Below are positions 24,700 to 38,083 of a stretch of DNA of 64,000 nucleotides, piece by piece. The notes below the pieces were generated by a model. The model made no database searches. It had not been told where the DNA came from and was given only the letters and a program-made list of their open reading frames with translations. The stretch is from NCBI RefSeq assembly GCF_963921235.1, contig NC_086097.1:151902001-151966000 (forward strand), written 5' to 3'. Source of the stretch: Mobula hypostoma. Taxonomy: Eukaryota. How positions within the stretch are numbered: the first letter of the stretch is position 1; every line of letters begins with the position of its first letter. Both the position numbers and the translations under genes were made by a program.

Positions 24700-25365
24700 C
24701 CAGTTCACACAATGTTAGGTTCCTGTATATTGGTGAGACTTGACAGAGATCGAGAGACCGCCTCCCCGAGCACCTGTGCTCCATCTGCCAGGAAAAGCAG
24801 GATCTCCCAGTGGCCACCCATTTCAATTATACTTGCCAATATTATTCTGACATGATATTCCATAGCCTCCTCTACTGCCTCTATGAGGCCACACTCTGGA
24901 TGGAGGAGCAACACCTTACATTCCATCTGGGTAGCCTACAGCCTGATGGCATGAACTTTGATTTCTCAAATTTCCAGTAATTTCCCCCCCATCACCTCAC
25001 CATTCCCATTTCCCTCTCTTACCTTCTCTCCTTACCTGCCCAACACCTCCCTCTGGTGCTCCTCCCCATTCCCTTTCTTTGATATTCTTTTATCCTCTTG
25101 CCAATTAACTTCCCAGCTCTCTACCTCACCCTTCCCCCACTCCCAGTTTCCCTTATCACTTTTCACCTTGTACTTCTTTCTCCGCCCTCCCCCACCCCAT
25201 CTTCTTACTCTGACCTCTCATCTTTTCTTCCAATCCCGATAAAGGGTCGGCCTGAATCATCGACTGTTCACTCTTTTCCATAGATACTGCCTGGCTGCTG
25301 AGTTCCTCCAGCATTTTGTATCTGTGTGTTTCTTGGATTTCCAGCATCTGCAGATTTTCCCTTTG
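24700..25365 (+). mobile_element. Penelope (Neptune-type) 3' fragment: GIY-YIG end, pyrimidine-rich UTR, pLTR
   Basis: Homologous to 45020-45737 (LYIGET.., LPVATHFN, EEQHL.FHLGSLQPDGMN). The hammerhead at ~25232-25266 is degenerate. Confidence 0.85.
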
Positions 25366-27399
25366 TAATGTTTGGCTAAGTTTGTTATTAACAAGGCAAA
25401 ACTGCTAAATGTATGCCAACTTTGCCTCACCTTTACATGAACCTTTACTTTCAAAGAAATAACCACACCTGATCTTGAGTTTCAATGCAGATTTCTTAAG
25501 AGAAGGAATGGCACTTTTACTTTTGTAACATCTTCATGACTTCCTGACATTCCAAAATGACCTGTAGCCAATGAAACACTTCCCTGAAGTATAATTATTG
25601 TTGTAGGAAACATGGCAACTCGTTCGTGTACACATATTTCCACAAGCAATGCATTAATGATCTGATATCTATTTGTATCATGTAGACTAAGCGATAAAAC
25701 TCAGTCAATACACCCTGTTCTCCTAAATTGTGTTACATCTGCTACATGCAGCTGAAAGATCTATAAGACTCTCACTTCATACCTCGTCAAAAAGGATACA
25801 CCTTCAATCATGTCGCACCTCTTCAGCACCATACAGGAATAGCAGACCCCATCGCAGGTTTCTGGAATGGGTTTAATCATCGAACAGAGCAACTGCTGAC
25901 TCTATAAGTTCATTTGTTTGGAAAAAGGTTTACTAAAAGCAGTGTTTTAATGAAAGTGATGGTTCTTTGACTACAAGACATGGAATGAGAATTCGACAAA
26001 AGATTACGAAAAGATAAGATTGCAATTCGTGATTATTGTTTTTGTGTGGCCCTGCATACAGGGACCTACGACACATCTGCACTAACCCAACCCTCAAAAA
26101 TCAGGATTATGCTGTCACAGTGATTAGTTTAATTTAATAAAATCTATTGCAATAGTGTTGATGGTTTAAGTGTTTCATATCTGCAGCAAGGACTATTTGC
26201 GGTGAGCAGTGTGAAACTATGGAGAGGGCAGAAGTAACAGAATCGTCACATAGTACACCTTCTCCCTCTATTTGCATCTCAGCGACTTCACTAATAGCTG
26301 TGAGAAGGTGAAAGCATTGAATGTCTCAGGTCACATAATGCATAAAGTGTCGGACTAATAGCAGGCACTGAGAAATGGGGGCAGAGAGCACACTAACTTG
26401 TTCAGCTGCAAAAGTTAATGAATGAGAAACCATATGCAGTGGACCCAGCAGCCATCACAGGTTCATAATTGAAGTTGCTGTGACATGCATGCATTTGGAT
26501 TTAAATGTTGCATATGGAAACAAATTGAGCCAAAGCAGGTCTTCGTGAAAGACAAAGTTAAAAAAACATTTCAGTTGCCATTCAAAGCAATAAAGCTTGA
26601 GAGTTTTAATATCAAAACACTTACTGAGAAGTAATTGAAGCTTTCCAAATCTGCTTCTAGAAAGATGGGATTCGAATAATTTATGCCCATTTTATGTATC
26701 CTTTTCAGTGATTAGGATGCCTGCTGCTTTGCAGATCCACATTCTTACCTCTAACTGCTCCCATTCACAAATTTCCCAGATAACCTTGTTTATAGTTTGT
26801 CTCCATTGTCAAACCCATGGTCAAAGGAAGTTTTATCTTCCTTATCCACTATAATGAAAATCACTTGTTTGTGCCTTCCTCCCCCTCACTTGGAAAAGAT
26901 GTTTTTTTGCTTTTTCCTCTATCAGCTTAGATTCACAGAAGACTAAAATTCAGGTATAGCAACTTATTAGGAAATCTGTTGATCATTGCTGGTGAAAATC
27001 ATGACTAATGTAGAGAGGTTCTGCTTCAAATATATAGGACGCTAGATATTACTTTAGACATAGGACGTTCTTGATTGACAAGAGTGCCACATCTTTCTTG
27101 CCAACCTCTTGTCCAAGGAAGATATTGGTAGGTATAACACCCCACACAGCACCACTAAAAATTGAACATGATTTTCAACAGTACACTCACAAATCATTTT
27201 CTCTTTATGAGTTAGTTGGACCTGAAGTGGATAGAGATTTAGGTTCTCAGGTCACTGTTAATTAGAGATGTCACTGACCATATCTATAAGCAAAAACAAT
27301 TGGGATGAATTGCTACTTCTAACCCATCTCTCATTCCCATTCTGTGTTCTCCTCTTTACTTTGTCCTCTTTAAGGACACACTTGCTTTCAAAAAAAAAT

Positions 27400-28710
27400 C
27401 TACACAACCACAGGATGTTCCAAAGTCTCTCTATAGACTCTCTCTGTACTTCTTGCTGCCTCAGGAAAGCAGCTACCATAATCAAAAACTCTGCCCACCC
27501 CATAAATTCTCTCTTCTCCCTTCTCTCATCCGGCAGAAGAGACAAACACCTGAAGGTATGTACCACCAGGCTCAAGAAGGATTTCTATTCCACTGTTATC
27601 AGATGGTGATAACCATATAAAAACCATATAACAATTACAGCACAGAAACAGGCTATCTCGGCCATTCTAGTCTGTGCTGAACACTTACTCTCACCTAGTC
27701 CCACCAATCTGCTCTCAGCCCATAACCCTCCATTCCTTTCCTGTCCATATAGCTATCCAATTTAACTTTAAGCGACAACATCGAACCTACTTCTACTACT
27801 TCTGCTGGAAGCTCGTTCCACACAGCTACCACTCTCTGAGTAAAGAAGTTCCCCCTTGTGTTACCCCTAAACTTTTGCCCCTTTAACTCTTAACTCATGT
27901 CCTCTTGTTTGAATCTCCCCTACTCTCAATGGAAAAAGCCTATCCATGACAACTCTATCTATCCCCCTCATAATTTTAAATACCTCTATTAAGTCCCCCC
28001 TCAACCTTCTACGGTCCAAAGAATAAAGACCCAACTTGTTCAACCTTTCTCTATAACTGAGGTGATGAAACCCAGGTAACGTTCTAGTAAATCTCCTCTG
28101 TACTCTATTTTGTTGACATCTTTCCTATAATTCGGTGACCAGAACTGTACACAATACTCCAAATTTGGCCTCACTAATGCCTTGTACAATTTTAACATTA
28201 CATCCCAACTCTTTTACTCAATGCTCTTATTTATAAAGGCCAGCATACCAAAAGCTTTCTTCACCACCCTATCCACATGAGATTCCACCTTCAGGGAACT
28301 ATGCACCATTATTCTTAGATCCCTCTGTTCTACTGCATTCCTCAATGCCCTACCATTTACCATGCATGTCCTATTTTGATTAGTCCTATCAAAATGTAGC
28401 ACCTCACACTTATCAGCATTAAACACCATCTGCCATCTCTCAGCCCACTCTTCCAACTGGCCTAAACCTCTCCGCAAGCTTTGAAAACCTACTTCATTAT
28501 AAGGTGGACTCTTAGTCTCATAATGTGCCTCGTTATATCCTGCACTTCCTCATTTACCTGAATTGCACTTTTTTGGGAGCCTTTATACTTTATTCCACAT
28601 TGTTATTGTTTTACCTCTATGTAATATGTAATGATTTGATCTGTATAAACAGTATGCAAGACAAGCTTTTCTGAGTACTTGTGACAAAAATAAACCAATT
28701 CCAATGCCAG
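27400..28710 (+). mobile_element. Rex1/Babar 3' fragment (27400-27606, 28500-28710), split by a CR1 3' end
   Basis: CLRKAATIIK..HP..SLFSLL.SGRR..TTRLK; the 3'UTR ends AATAAACCAATTCCAAT. Confidence 0.7.
27610..28498 (-). mobile_element. 5'-truncated CR1 3' end
   Basis: WAERWQM.FN.DKCEVLHF, plus 3'UTR and (TATATGGTT)n tail. Confidence 0.9.
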
Positions 28711-28902
28711 TCTTCCAGTCCTACACTTCACTTGTATCCATCCTCATACCCATCCTTCATTCCCATCTTACTATTGTTAGCTGTCCCTTCTCATCTTCAT
28801 CCATTCAAATTCTTTAATCCATGAACCACTCTGCAACGTTCTCCAACAAATGCTCTACATTGCATGACCAGAATATTGTGTTAATCTCTAAGCAATGGTT
28901 CA

Positions 28903-29232
28903 GCCAGGTGGCATAGTTAGTATTTTTGTTGCATAGCTCCAGTGACCCAGGCTTGATCTTGACATTAGCGCTGCCTGTGTGATGTTTGTACTTTCTCTAT
29001 TTGACTGTGCTCAATCTTCCTCCTGATTCCCAAGGACATGCTGGTAATTAATTGGCCAAAGTACATTGTTTGCATTCTAGGGCGAGTGGCAGAAGTCCCA
29101 GGAGAACTTGATGGGAGTGCGAGAGACGATAGGTTGCAGAGAAATACAGTAAGTGGGGCAATGGGATTGATGAAAATACTTTGTGAGTTAGCATAGACTC
29201 ATTGGCCCAAATAGTCTACTTATATGCTGTAA
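28903..29232 (+). mobile_element. HE1-type V-SINE, decayed
   Basis: GGTGGCATAGTTAG..GACCCAGGCTTGATCTTGAC head, V-core remnant, tail. Confidence 0.6.
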
Positions 29233-30021
29233 AAATGTGAAATATCAGTGACAAGAATATAAAACATGGTAAATTTTGACTGTTATAAAGCCCTCAATAA
29301 GATGATGGCAATATAATCTTTGGCTTCAGCACTTCCTTGCAAGGACCCTATATCCCTTTATTCTTCTAGCATCCAAATATCTAACTACGTCTGCTTGAAC
29401 ATGCTCAGTAACCCAGCATCCAAAGCTTCTGAGGTAGAAAATATTAATAATTTCAGCTTCAGGGAGGAGAAATTCCTGAACTCACTTTTAAATAGCTATG
29501 CATCCCTACATCTATCCACAACCAGAAGATTAAATATTATTAAAGCATCTTTATAATTAAGCCTCCTTAAAATCAGAGACTGAGGACCACTTTAAAAATA
29601 CTATTCGTCAGATTTGGTTGAAAGGGAACAAAAATACTGTTTTTTTTGTTTTACAGGTTGGAATAATTCTATATTCATAAATTTTGAGGGGCCACATACT
29701 GATTGCTGCAGAACAGGAATGCAATAATTAAATTGCAAGTAATAACAGGCTGATGACGAGACATGAAAATATAATTGAATCAAGGGTTACCGCTGTAATG
29801 ATAAACCTTGATTTAATTGTCTTTCAACTATTTTTGATTGTTTTATAATTATTTTAGTTGGCCTCATTAATATAAATCACTTGTAGATGACAGGTTTTAA
29901 AAAGGTTAGACTGGACTTGTTGGTTTTTTTGTTTGCTTCCAGATACAGTAGTGTATGTTAGGTATTTAGTAGACTTTTCAAAAACTGTTACGAAACTTAA
30001 GTTTGAGATCAAAGAACCAAA

Positions 30022-31175
30022 AAGTCATAGATATAGGCCCTTCAGCCCATCACATATATGCCAAACTTCTTGACCATGTACACTAATTCCATTTGTTCAC
30101 ACTAGGACTGCATCATACCATGCTTTGACTGATTAAGTTTAAATGCTTCTTAAATGTTTCAAATGTATTCTGCCACCTCCTCATGCAGTTTGTTCCAGAA
30201 AATAACTACACTCTATGTAAAAGAAAACTGTCCCTCAGATCCCTTTGTCATTCATTTTTCTCATCATAAACCTTTGCCCCCTTGTTTCTGATATCCCCAT
30301 CATAGGAGAAATATTTTGACCATCTACCCTATCTATGCCTCTCATATTTCTATCAGGTTATCCCTCTTCCTCCCTCACTGCAGGGAAAACAAATCCAGTG
30401 CATTCAATCTCTCCAATGCATCACTTCTCACTTTCAGGTTTAATTTCAGTGGGTTATAGAAACTCAGTGTAGAAGGGAACTTGGTTCATTATGTTATTGC
30501 TACATTTTGAGAAAGGCTACCGAATTAGCTTCACTCCTCTTCTGATCTCCCATAGCCCTATAAACAAAACAAAATCCCGGTAAATCTCCTCTGCACTCTC
30601 TGCAACACAATCACACAATTTTTTTGTGAGGCAACCAGGACTGCACACGTTACTCCAAGTGCATCATAACTAGTGTTTTGTAAAGTTCACAAATCACATC
30701 TTCCATGCACCCACCAATGAAAGCAAGAGATTTACTTCAGTCCCAAGATCTACCTGTTCATAAACTTTCATCCATCCATCATTAACGAAACCCTCCCCCT
30801 CATTCAGAACATGCTCTCTTCTCAGAGAGAAGGCACAGGAGCCTGAAAACACATACTCAACGTTTTAGGAACAGTTTCCTCCCCTTGTCATCGGATTGCT
30901 GAACAGACAATGAACTCAGGAACACTACCTCACTATTTCTGTTCTCTTTTTGCACTATTTGCTTATTACATTACATATATTTATATCTCTTACTGTGGTT
31001 TGTGTCATTTTTATGTATTGCTCTGTACAGCTGCCACAAACCAACAAATTTCTTGACATGTCATTGATAATGAACATAATTCTGATTCTGACATTCCTTA
31101 GTGCATTGCTGTATTATTACTATTCTATTTGATTTTCTTAAATGCATCACCTCTCACTTTTCAGGATTAAATTCA
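30022..31175 (-). mobile_element. Old CR1 3' region containing a Rex1 3'UTR fragment (+, ~30765-31091)
   Basis: CR1 tail AGGCCCTTCAGCCC and decayed RT C-terminus. The Rex1 part ends TTCTGATTCTGA. Confidence 0.65.
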
Positions 31176-31288
31176 GTGGGTTATAGAATTTCAATGTAGA
31201 AAGCAATTTGGTTCATCATGCTCTTGCTACACTTTGAGAGAGACTATCCAATTAACTTCATCCTCTTCTGATCTCCCATAGCCGTATA
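30415..31288 (+). repeat. Local diverged direct duplication of ~145 bp (30415-30560 and 31141-31288)
   Basis: AATGCATCAC..CAGTGGGTTATAGAA..TCCTCTTCTGATCTCCCATAGCC is present twice. Confidence 0.8.
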
Positions 31289-32929
31289 GTTTTTCAAAAT
31301 AATGGTAGCTTGTAACAGAGATGGACATTATGCAGCACATTTTTCCAGTAATTGTGTTTAGAAAGATCTATCCATTAATTCTTAGTTCCCTGCTTTTCCC
31401 CAAGCCCTGACAGTGCTTCACTTGCAAACAGTCTCTTAGTCTCAGGAATGTAATTATGTGACACTGTTTCTTCCCGTGAAACAGCTATAACCATCTGACT
31501 ACTTTGATCACTTTGCGCTAAAATTCTGTTTGTTCTAATAGTGCTCTTTCTTGTAATAAAATGTGTATAATTTAAGCTTGATTTATGTTTAACTTGTGAA
31601 TGTTGCTCACATTCTGCAATGTGCTTGTGATGCTACTGCAAGTTTTCATTGCACCTTAGTGTACACATAATGATAATACGTTTGACTGAGATGGTGTCAA
31701 GATAATTTTTCTCCACTCTGGATCAGCTGCTAAACCAATCCTGAAGCGTTAATTTCATGTACAGAATTGCCCCACCCACCCCAATTATTCATCAATGTCC
31801 CTCTAGTTGTTGGTCATAGGCCCCCGAGTCATTGAATTCCAGCTGCCCATGCCAGGCTTCCAGCTCAGTGTTCTCTCACCAAGTGCTAATTGCAATCTCC
31901 AGCTCAGCAAAGCACCCTTGATTGTTGAGGGCAGGTCCCCTGACTGAAGTTTCTTCTCCAACTGCTGAGTATATGCCTCCAACATACCTCAACCTCTGTT
32001 TGGGCTGCTGCTCTGAGGCCCCTGACTCACAGACAATATCCCCCCTCCTCCATTTGCAATATTCTGTAAGAGTGTTCCAGACTGGGATGATAGAGTATTT
32101 TCAGTAAGGATAGAAATGATATAACAAGTTATGTTCCAGCATTCTCTAATAAGATGCCCACAAGAAATCTTCTGATTGGAAGAAGCAAACATAAATTTAG
32201 CACTTGTATGATAGCCCGCTGTAGTTAAAAGAATTTTTCTAGATTTTCTTTCTCATTCAAAATCAATAGCTTGTAAGGGGGTTGGGGTGAAGAGAGAACT
32301 TCTATACAGTAATAGCTTTGATAATGATAGTTATTGCTTCAAAAATATGAAAGTATATGTTTGCTGAGATTAATTGCTATTTCATTGCTCACCACACAGT
32401 CACATTACCCTCAGCTTGCCCCAGTCAAGACTACTGATATGGTCAAATAGAGTTACAGTATGTGGTCAGTTTATTACTCTTCCTCCCTTCCCAATTATTT
32501 TCATGACAGTCAGATGGAAAATAGCTACTGTTCCCAGGAAGTTAGTGCAGATTCCCAACATTTTCCATTGAAAAGTGAAGGATTCTTCTCCATCAGTGTA
32601 GTCATAAGCATTTATTGAATGAATGTCCTTGTGTCTACACCGATTGAAAGGAAGTCCTTTCACCTAATACATGTTACTTCAAATTTAATGGGTTTTCTGC
32701 TGACTTTTGAGGCCCTTCTCTCCTTTCAGGCTTCTTGCCATGGGTGTTGAGAGTCAGTGTGTACAATAACTACTAGAGTCTTAAATTCACTGTCTTTCTC
32801 AATGATAGGTTGCACTAGACATTGTCAATGGCTGGAACTGGCCTCTTAAATCATTAGACTATTGGAAAATATTAAAGTCGATCACAAGTTAACAGGAACT
32901 CAACCAGCTTCTAAATATTACACATGCAA

Positions 32930-33227
32930 GGTTATAGAGTGATGCAAGACAGAAACGAGTCCTTTGGCTGGATAAAGTCATACTGACCATCAACAACCCA
33001 CTAACACTAATCCCGCTTTAATCTCACATTCTCATTTACTTTCCTTACAATCACTTACACACTAGAGACAATTTCGTGATCGATTAACCTATCAAATGTA
33101 GGAGTAAACAGAAGCACTTAGAGATCACAGGGAGATTGTGCAAAGTTAACACAGAGTCCAAATTCAGTATTGAACAACGGTCTCTAGCACATGAGCCAGC
33201 AGCTCTACTCACTCACTGTGCTGCCCT
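32930..33227 (-). mobile_element. HE1-type V-SINE, decayed
   Basis: The reverse complement begins GGGCAGCACAGTGAGTAGTAGAGCTGCTGGCTCA and ends in a CR1-like tail. Confidence 0.6.
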
Positions 33228-33289
33228 ATCTTGCCTCATTATATATTTAGCAAGTCCCCTGACCTGGATGGGTGGATCCTTGGTTACTT

Positions 33290-34480
33290 AAGGAGATAGG
33301 GAAAAGTTGTAGAAGCTTTAGTCACAAACCTTATCCAAGGGAATAGTGTCAGAGGGATTGCAAGTTTGTTCATGAAAGGAAAAGAATTGAAAATTTGTTC
33401 ATACAAGGGAAGAGATCAATCAATATTAGTATTGGGGAAACTAACAGTAGTTTTGGTAAAATTGGGAACTAGTGCAGATTTGTTAGAGACAAAATACATT
33501 TTGGTTAATCTCCCCAAGTTCCTTGAAACAGCAGTGGAGAGAGGTGATGAAGGAAATGTGGCAGATATAATGTTTGATAAATTTGTGTAGACTTGGTAGC
33601 AAAATTGAGACTACACTGCAAGATGCAATGGTTGCATAGACAAAATTGACCAAAAGACAAAACTGCAAATATAGGTCATCGATTGTTCATAGAATGAAAG
33701 GAAATGAGCTGTGTTGTTTTTGTATGCAGTGTCATGACAAGTGATGTTTTCTAAATCATAACTTTTAAGTACAAATTTTGAAGATATAGTAAATCGTGAG
33801 GAGTGTAATAGATTTCAGGAGGATTTAGACTGAGAAGTAGGCAGTAAGGAGTGCATGGATTTTAGCAGCAGGATTGAGGAGAGGTACCATAAATAACTAA
33901 TACAAATTTTAAAAAGGTGAAGGAATACAGGCTTTCACAGCATTAGGTTGGATAGGCTGTTAAAATAAGCATATGGGTCTTTTACCATTATAGTCACAAA
34001 ATAAATTAAGTTAAACCTTATAAAATACTGACTAGGCCCCAGTTGGAATATTGAAGTCAATTTTTAAACCATTAAACTCTTAGAGTATGTACTAGGGACT
34101 TGTAATGATTCTGTGGATGAGGCAAACAAAATCAGATCAGTAGGCAAGGCAAGATTTGATAGAAGTCTTCAGGATCTTGAGGGGTTTAAATAGAGCATTT
34201 AAGAAACTAATTTCACTGATTATTAGATTGGTAACCACGAGATGTACATTTAAGGTAGTCTCCAAAGAGAGAAGTAACATGAGAAAAAAAATCCAAGGTG
34301 AGATGAGGAGAATATTCGTAGTTGAGGATCTGAAATCTCAAGGGTGGAGGAAATGATTGATGACAGTTTTTTTTCTTGACGAATATATATTTGGCAGGAT
34401 ATTTGGAAAAAATGGAATAGCTCTTTTAATGAGGGAGCGGATGCGCAATGGGCCCAATGGCCTTCATCTGTGTTGTATGA
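33290..34480 (+). mobile_element. Very old CR1 ORF2 remnants
   Basis: Degenerate NL..FLE..DEGNV.D, YKIL.RPQLEY and DLIEVFRILRGL, plus tail. Confidence 0.55.
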
Positions 34481-34957
34481 TTTAAAGATAGTTAAATGAT
34501 TTAAATTTTGCAAAGCTTAGCTGGGAGAACCCAACTCTGAAAGGCCATCTCTTTATAGCACTCCAAATAGGATTAGCAAAGGTTCATTTGGGTTGTTTTT
34601 CTGACAATCACAATCTCTGTCCAGTTTTTGAAACTACTGATTGGTTTTCTCAACACCAATCTCCAATGCACAGTCTTTTCTTATCTCTATGACCATAAGG
34701 AAGGATGTGAGTTAACTGTCTCAAGATATGGGTTCACCCTCACAGTAGCTGTCTGGTCTTTTCTCATTTGGCAAGCTGTCAAGTGAAAATAAAATTGGGT
34801 AATGACCGTGTGGTCTTGTCAAGTTACTTAGACCATTTCACCTCCTCCTTTCCTGCCTTCCAGGAAGTATTCGAGTCTTGAGTTTGCCCTTGGAGAATGG
34901 GCATGACCAGAGTGAAGTGGACAGGCAGGAGCTTAATCAGAAAGAGAAGTGAATCCT

Positions 34958-35170
34958 CCCACACAAAATGCTGGAGGAACTCAACAAGTGAGACAGCATT
35001 TTTGGAGGAAAAGGAACAGTTGGTGCTCTGAGCCATGACCCTCCTGATCAAAAGTCTTGACCGGAAACATCGACTTTTTATTTCCCTTCAAAGATGCCAT
35101 CTGACTTGCTGACTTCCTCCAGCAGTTTTTGTGTTGTTCAAGATTTCCTGCATTTGCAGAATTTTTTTTT
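34958..35170. mobile_element. Short Penelope relic: inverted pLTR pair, tail on right side only
   Basis: CACACAAAATGCTGGAGGAACTCA ... TGACTTCCTCCAGCAGTTTTTGTG followed by the tail GATTTCCTGCATTTGCAGA. Confidence 0.7.
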
Positions 35171-35339
35171 TTATTTTTGCATCAGGTATAGCATCCCTTC
35201 ACCACCAAAACAGCAATTTTTAAGGGACATAATAATTCCAAAATGCTACTTCAAGCACATTTCTGGTAATATACTATGTGACAGTATATTACTGGGAACG
35301 TGACAGCGGCAACTGCACAGCACCAGTGGAGACACTAAA

Positions 35340-36122
35340 GTGACTGCAGATGCTGGAAATCTGAAACAATACACTAAATTATGGAGAAACTCAACGGGTT
35401 AGGCAGCATTTATAGTGGGGAATAAATAATAAATGCTTCAGGCAGAGACCGCTCATCAGGATTAGAATGGAAAGGGGCAGAAACCAATATAAAAGGGTAG
35501 AGAGAGGGAAGAGCAGAAACCTGCAGGTGATAGGTGAATCCAGATGAGAGGGGGAAAGGTAGTGGGGGCAGGGAGGAAAAAGAAAATGATGTGAGAAGCT
35601 GGTGATAGATGGGAAAGACAAAGAGCTGAAGAAGAAGGAATCTGTTAAGAGGACAATAAACCATGGAATACAGGGAAGGAGGTGAGGAACCAAAGGGAGA
35701 AAGGTGAAGATGATGGGCAGGGAGGGGAAAGAGAAAGGGTAAGAGAAGGTACACCATGGATAAGGGTAAATAGGAGAGGTTGGGAGGGAGAAAGGGGGAG
35801 CAGTTATCGAAAGTTAGAGAAATTGATGTCGATGTTGTCCGGCTGGAGACTACCAAGATGATCTTCAGCCCCTTGCCTCTCCCACCTACCACCTGCCAGC
35901 ATCTCATATTATTACCTTTCCCCCTCCCTTGGCCTTCTGCCTTCCCTCTCAACTGGATTTACCCATCACCTGCCAGCTCGTGCTCCTTCCCTGCCCTTCT
36001 ATTCTGGCTTCTGCCCTCCTCCTTTCCAGTCCTGATGAAGGGTCTCAGCCTGAAACATCAGCTGTTTATTTCTGTCCATAGATGCTGTCCTGCTTGCTGA
36101 GTTCCTCCAGCATTTTGTAGGT
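35340..36122 (-). mobile_element. Penelope 3' fragment (-) with an inverted pLTR/UTR copy (+, ~35870-36122)
   Basis: Tail on the left, purine-rich UTR, degenerate hammerheads at ~35432-35465 (-) and 36027-36064 (+). Confidence 0.8.
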
Positions 36123-37028
36123 GTAGAACTAAGGGAAGGAGGTATTTCAGATACAAATGCATTAAGCCTCTAACTAGCATCCAATGACATCATTTCAGGT
36201 TCAATGTCTTTAAAAAGAGCCAAGGCTTAAATAATTATTTGTGGGATTTGAACTTCTGCCCACAGTTCTCATGCTAGCACCTTCTTGTACAGTGATAAAT
36301 TAAGAGCCAGTAATTACAATTCCTTCCATATTAACTCACTGCTGGCAATTTTCAGATCAACCTTTACTACGTTACTGTAGATTGCACAGGGCCAATTTCC
36401 AGCCACTCTGCTGGTTCATATAACTAACATATGAGTTGGCTTAATGGTTGCTCTGCATGTTAATTCAGATGCCATGGGAGTTGAATTACAATCTACTCTT
36501 AAATTGTCCTGGCTCATTTATGATCTGGAACTTAGTCAAATCTTCGAAGTTGGATTATGTGGTTTTTGAAGATAATTTTGTGTATGTGCTGCATATGGGA
36601 TTATTAGGCATCCTGGAAATCATCTAAATGATCCGAAAAGATTATTTCGAAATCCTATAAACCACAAGATAGTTGGAGCTGTAGGAATTTGGATTGTGAG
36701 GCTGAGGACAAAGCTGTATAAAATTATACCTACTTTTGAATAATTCCAAGCTGAGGTGGGAAGTTGCTTTCCATTAGTGAATTATGAATTAGGCAAACTA
36801 ACCCACTGATTGTTTAGACTAGTTCCCATGTGAGGGGCAACAAAAGGATTCCAGAGTGACAGAAGGGGGAGAGCCATTCCTGTACTAGGACACTGAGATG
36901 GAACCCATGGACAGAACTCAGGGCCCAGTCTTTCATAGAACAATGGCGGGGGCAAAGATCACATCTGCTGGTGAAAAGATGATTGACGTACTTGTGAAGA
37001 AATGAAGAAGGACAATTAATCTTTAATC

Positions 37029-37500
37029 AACACACAAAATGATGGAGCAATCCAGCAGGCCAGGCAGCATCCATGGAAAAGAGTAAACAGTCGACATTTT
37101 GGGTTGAGACCCTTCATCAGGACTGGAAAAAAAAGATGAGAAGTCAGAACAACAAGGTGGGGGGAGGGGGGAAGGAAGTGGCACAATATGGTTGGTGATA
37201 GGTAGAGCCAGGAGATGGGGAGGGGTGAAGTAAGAAGCTGGGAAGTTCATTGGTGAAAGAGATAAAGGGCTGGAGAAGGGGAAATCTGATAGGAGAGGGT
37301 ACAAGACTATGGAAGAAAGGGAACGGGGAGAAGCACCAGAGGGAGGTGATGGGCAGGTAAGGAGATAAGCCAAGGGAGGGAAATGGGAATGGGGAATGGC
37401 AAAGGTGGGGTGAATGGGGAGACAATTACCAAAAGTATTCCTATTTTTCCCATTTCCCTCTCTCAACTGATTAGATTGCCGTTAGTTGGGTGGAGACTGG
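37029..37500 (-). mobile_element. Penelope 3' UTR/pLTR fragment
   Basis: The reverse complement contains CCAGTCCTGATGAAGGGTCTCAACCCAAAATGTCGACTG (decayed hammerhead) and the pLTR. Confidence 0.8.
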
Positions 37501-38083
37501 AAGGTGCCTACATGTACAGGCCTAACAAATGAGACTGTTGCCAGGGGTTTGAGGGACTGAAGTGTAGTGATACCTTCAGCAGGCTGGATTTTATTCCTTG
37601 CAGCATAGGAGATAGAGGGGTGACCTTACAGGTATGCATGAAATAATGAGGGTGATGGTCAGAAAGAAATAAAATCTTCAAAACAACAAACTAGAATGAG
37701 CCAATGTCAGTGGAAGCAAACAAGCCTTGATATGTGCAAATGAATGTGGACATAATGAAGTCCCTGCTGATAATCTGCTAAAACTTAAGTCATTTCTAAA
37801 TAAGAAGCCGATAATTTGGTTAGGTGGAGGTGGAAGGCTTAAAGAAAGAACAGCCTGTGACCTGAAGTAACCCGAGCCCAGTATCCGGGTGACCTGCTAG
37901 ACTGGTTTGAACTGATCTGAATCAAACAGAATAAAGAATATGACCTGAGGTAGAGGTCTGGTGGAAAAGCAATGAATTAATACTGCTTGCAGCATTGGGC
38001 CAGATACAATGAGACGATAAGAACAGAGGATTTCAGGAGTAGAAGCAGAAAAACTCTGGAGATGAACCATTGTGGAAGTGGAT

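Noticed and set aside
35391..37466. Pro/Ser/Leu-rich ORFs
   Set aside because: They are translations of the low-complexity pyrimidine-rich Penelope 3'UTR.
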